Positions 38,499-39,681 of a stretch of DNA of 39,681 bases are shown here, piece after piece (position 1 is the first letter of the stretch; the number at the start of each line of letters is the position of its first letter). This DNA is from Catajapyx aquilonaris. Lineage: Eukaryota. The stretch lies in assembly GCA_000934665.2 (NCBI GenBank), contig KZ538929.1:1-39681 (forward strand). The letters are read 5' to 3'. The notes under the pieces were generated by a model. That model ran no database searches, was not told the DNA's origin, and saw only the letters and a list, made by a program, of their open reading frames with translations. A program made the position numbers and the translations under genes.

Positions 38499-38779
38499 CA
38501 GTGTTGGACATTAATCGCGTCATACTGCTAGCGACATTTTTCGATGCGGCAGACGTGCATATCGAAGTGATAGAGTGCGAGCCGTGCGAGTAAGAAGAGG
38601 TAGGCTTTGGGTGACGTCACCGACTGGGGGGCAATGGATGAAAAAGGCATGTCCCCAGCCGGTGACGTCCCCCAAGGCCTACCATCGCACGGCTCGCACC
38701 CTATCACTTCGATTTGCACGTCTGCCGCAACGGAAAATGTACTAAACTAGCAGTATGACGCGATTAATGTCCAACACTG
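38499..38779. mobile_element. 281-bp near-fully palindromic MITE flanked by TA
   Basis: CAGTGTTGGACATTAATCGCGTCATACTGCTAG is perfectly inverted at the other end, and the arms continue with few mismatches to a ~20-nt centre. TA lies at 38497-38498 and 38780-38781. Confidence 0.9.
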
Positions 38780-39681
38780 TACAAAAGTATATTAGAACCA
38801 GTATAAACTTCAACTTTTCTGCGAGTGACATGTTGAGCGCGAAATGTTTAAAAAGGCGATAAGAATCTTAGCGGGAATAATGTCAAGTGTTTCAAGTTTT
38901 CTTCTTATCCGTGACCATTATTTTCAGTCATAGAAATGCCTCCAGGTTTCTGTACGTGCGAAGGTTAACATAAATAGGTGACTTCTGCAGCCTTGCCTAA
39001 AACCCAGTATGACTGATGGACCATTATTGCACAATCCTTTAAGAATTGACCTTCCGTTGCAAGAAGGTGGGCGAAAATAATACTGTCTTTGTGAAAATAG
39101 CACGCACTCAGTGTCTGAATAATGAATAAAGGTTCCATCAAGCCCATTCCACCCACGTAAAGAGTTTCCATTATAAATCTCATTTTATTCTCGGATTTGT
39201 ACAGTCATATTGTATTTTCAATTTTCGACCTTTATAACGCACATTAACGATCGGCTGATAGTTGCACATAGCTCCAATGGCACAATAGGATTCAGAAACG
39301 ACGAAATATAATTTAATTCTGATCAAGATTAATAATAGTGGGACTTTGACTGGCCAATATGATACATTCATGATATACTGTATATGATTATGTTCTTTGG
39401 ATCGTTTCATGCAGTTTCCGCCTTTTGACAGTATATACCGGGGTACAGTGTACCGTTACCGTACACCTGATGTTTTCGAACATAGTATTTGTCAGGTTTT
39501 GCAAGTGAGGCTAATTTTCTTCTTTTTCCATAACCAACGGAGATAAGGTTTCTGATTTGACGAAAAGAAAACCCTGTACAGTACTGTGACCGTTCGTTCG
39601 GTCGGTTCGTTGGGTGCGGGGGATAGAACAATGATGCAGTTAATAACAAGTAATATATATATATTGGTAATGATAATGGTT

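Noticed and set aside
1..39681. CRISPR array, retron or other prokaryotic or viral system
   Set aside because: There are no regularly spaced repeats, operon-like gene density or relevant ORFs. The window is intron-rich eukaryotic DNA.

Overview
This is AT-rich eukaryotic genomic DNA from a draft assembly (N at 15622 and 21543-21554). It is most likely from an arthropod or insect, inferred from the mariner, SINE and MITE content and the GTPase type. The one well-supported gene is a minus-strand, spliced Rhes/RASD/Di-Ras-like small GTPase. The ORF-track ATG at 9502 is probably intronic. The GTPase exon (8780-9487) joins in phase 0 to an exon at 16091-16319, which needs a phase-2 upstream exon. 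Two candidates exist: 24870-24886 (MPRTT, 317 aa product, preferred) and 33766-33944 (371 aa product). Further upstream is a decayed PP1-type phosphatase pseudogene fragment (34557-34830). The rest is intronic or intergenic sequence rich in transposon debris: a deleted mariner element with a nested 785-bp foldback element, about ten other foldback/MITE elements, tRNA-derived SINEs (one with a perfect 17-bp TSD), a 39-bp retroposon tail, a tRNA-like fold inside decayed inverted repeats, and microsatellites. I found no CRISPR, rRNA or prokaryotic system, and no clearly novel biological system. All calls come from manual reading with no database searches.
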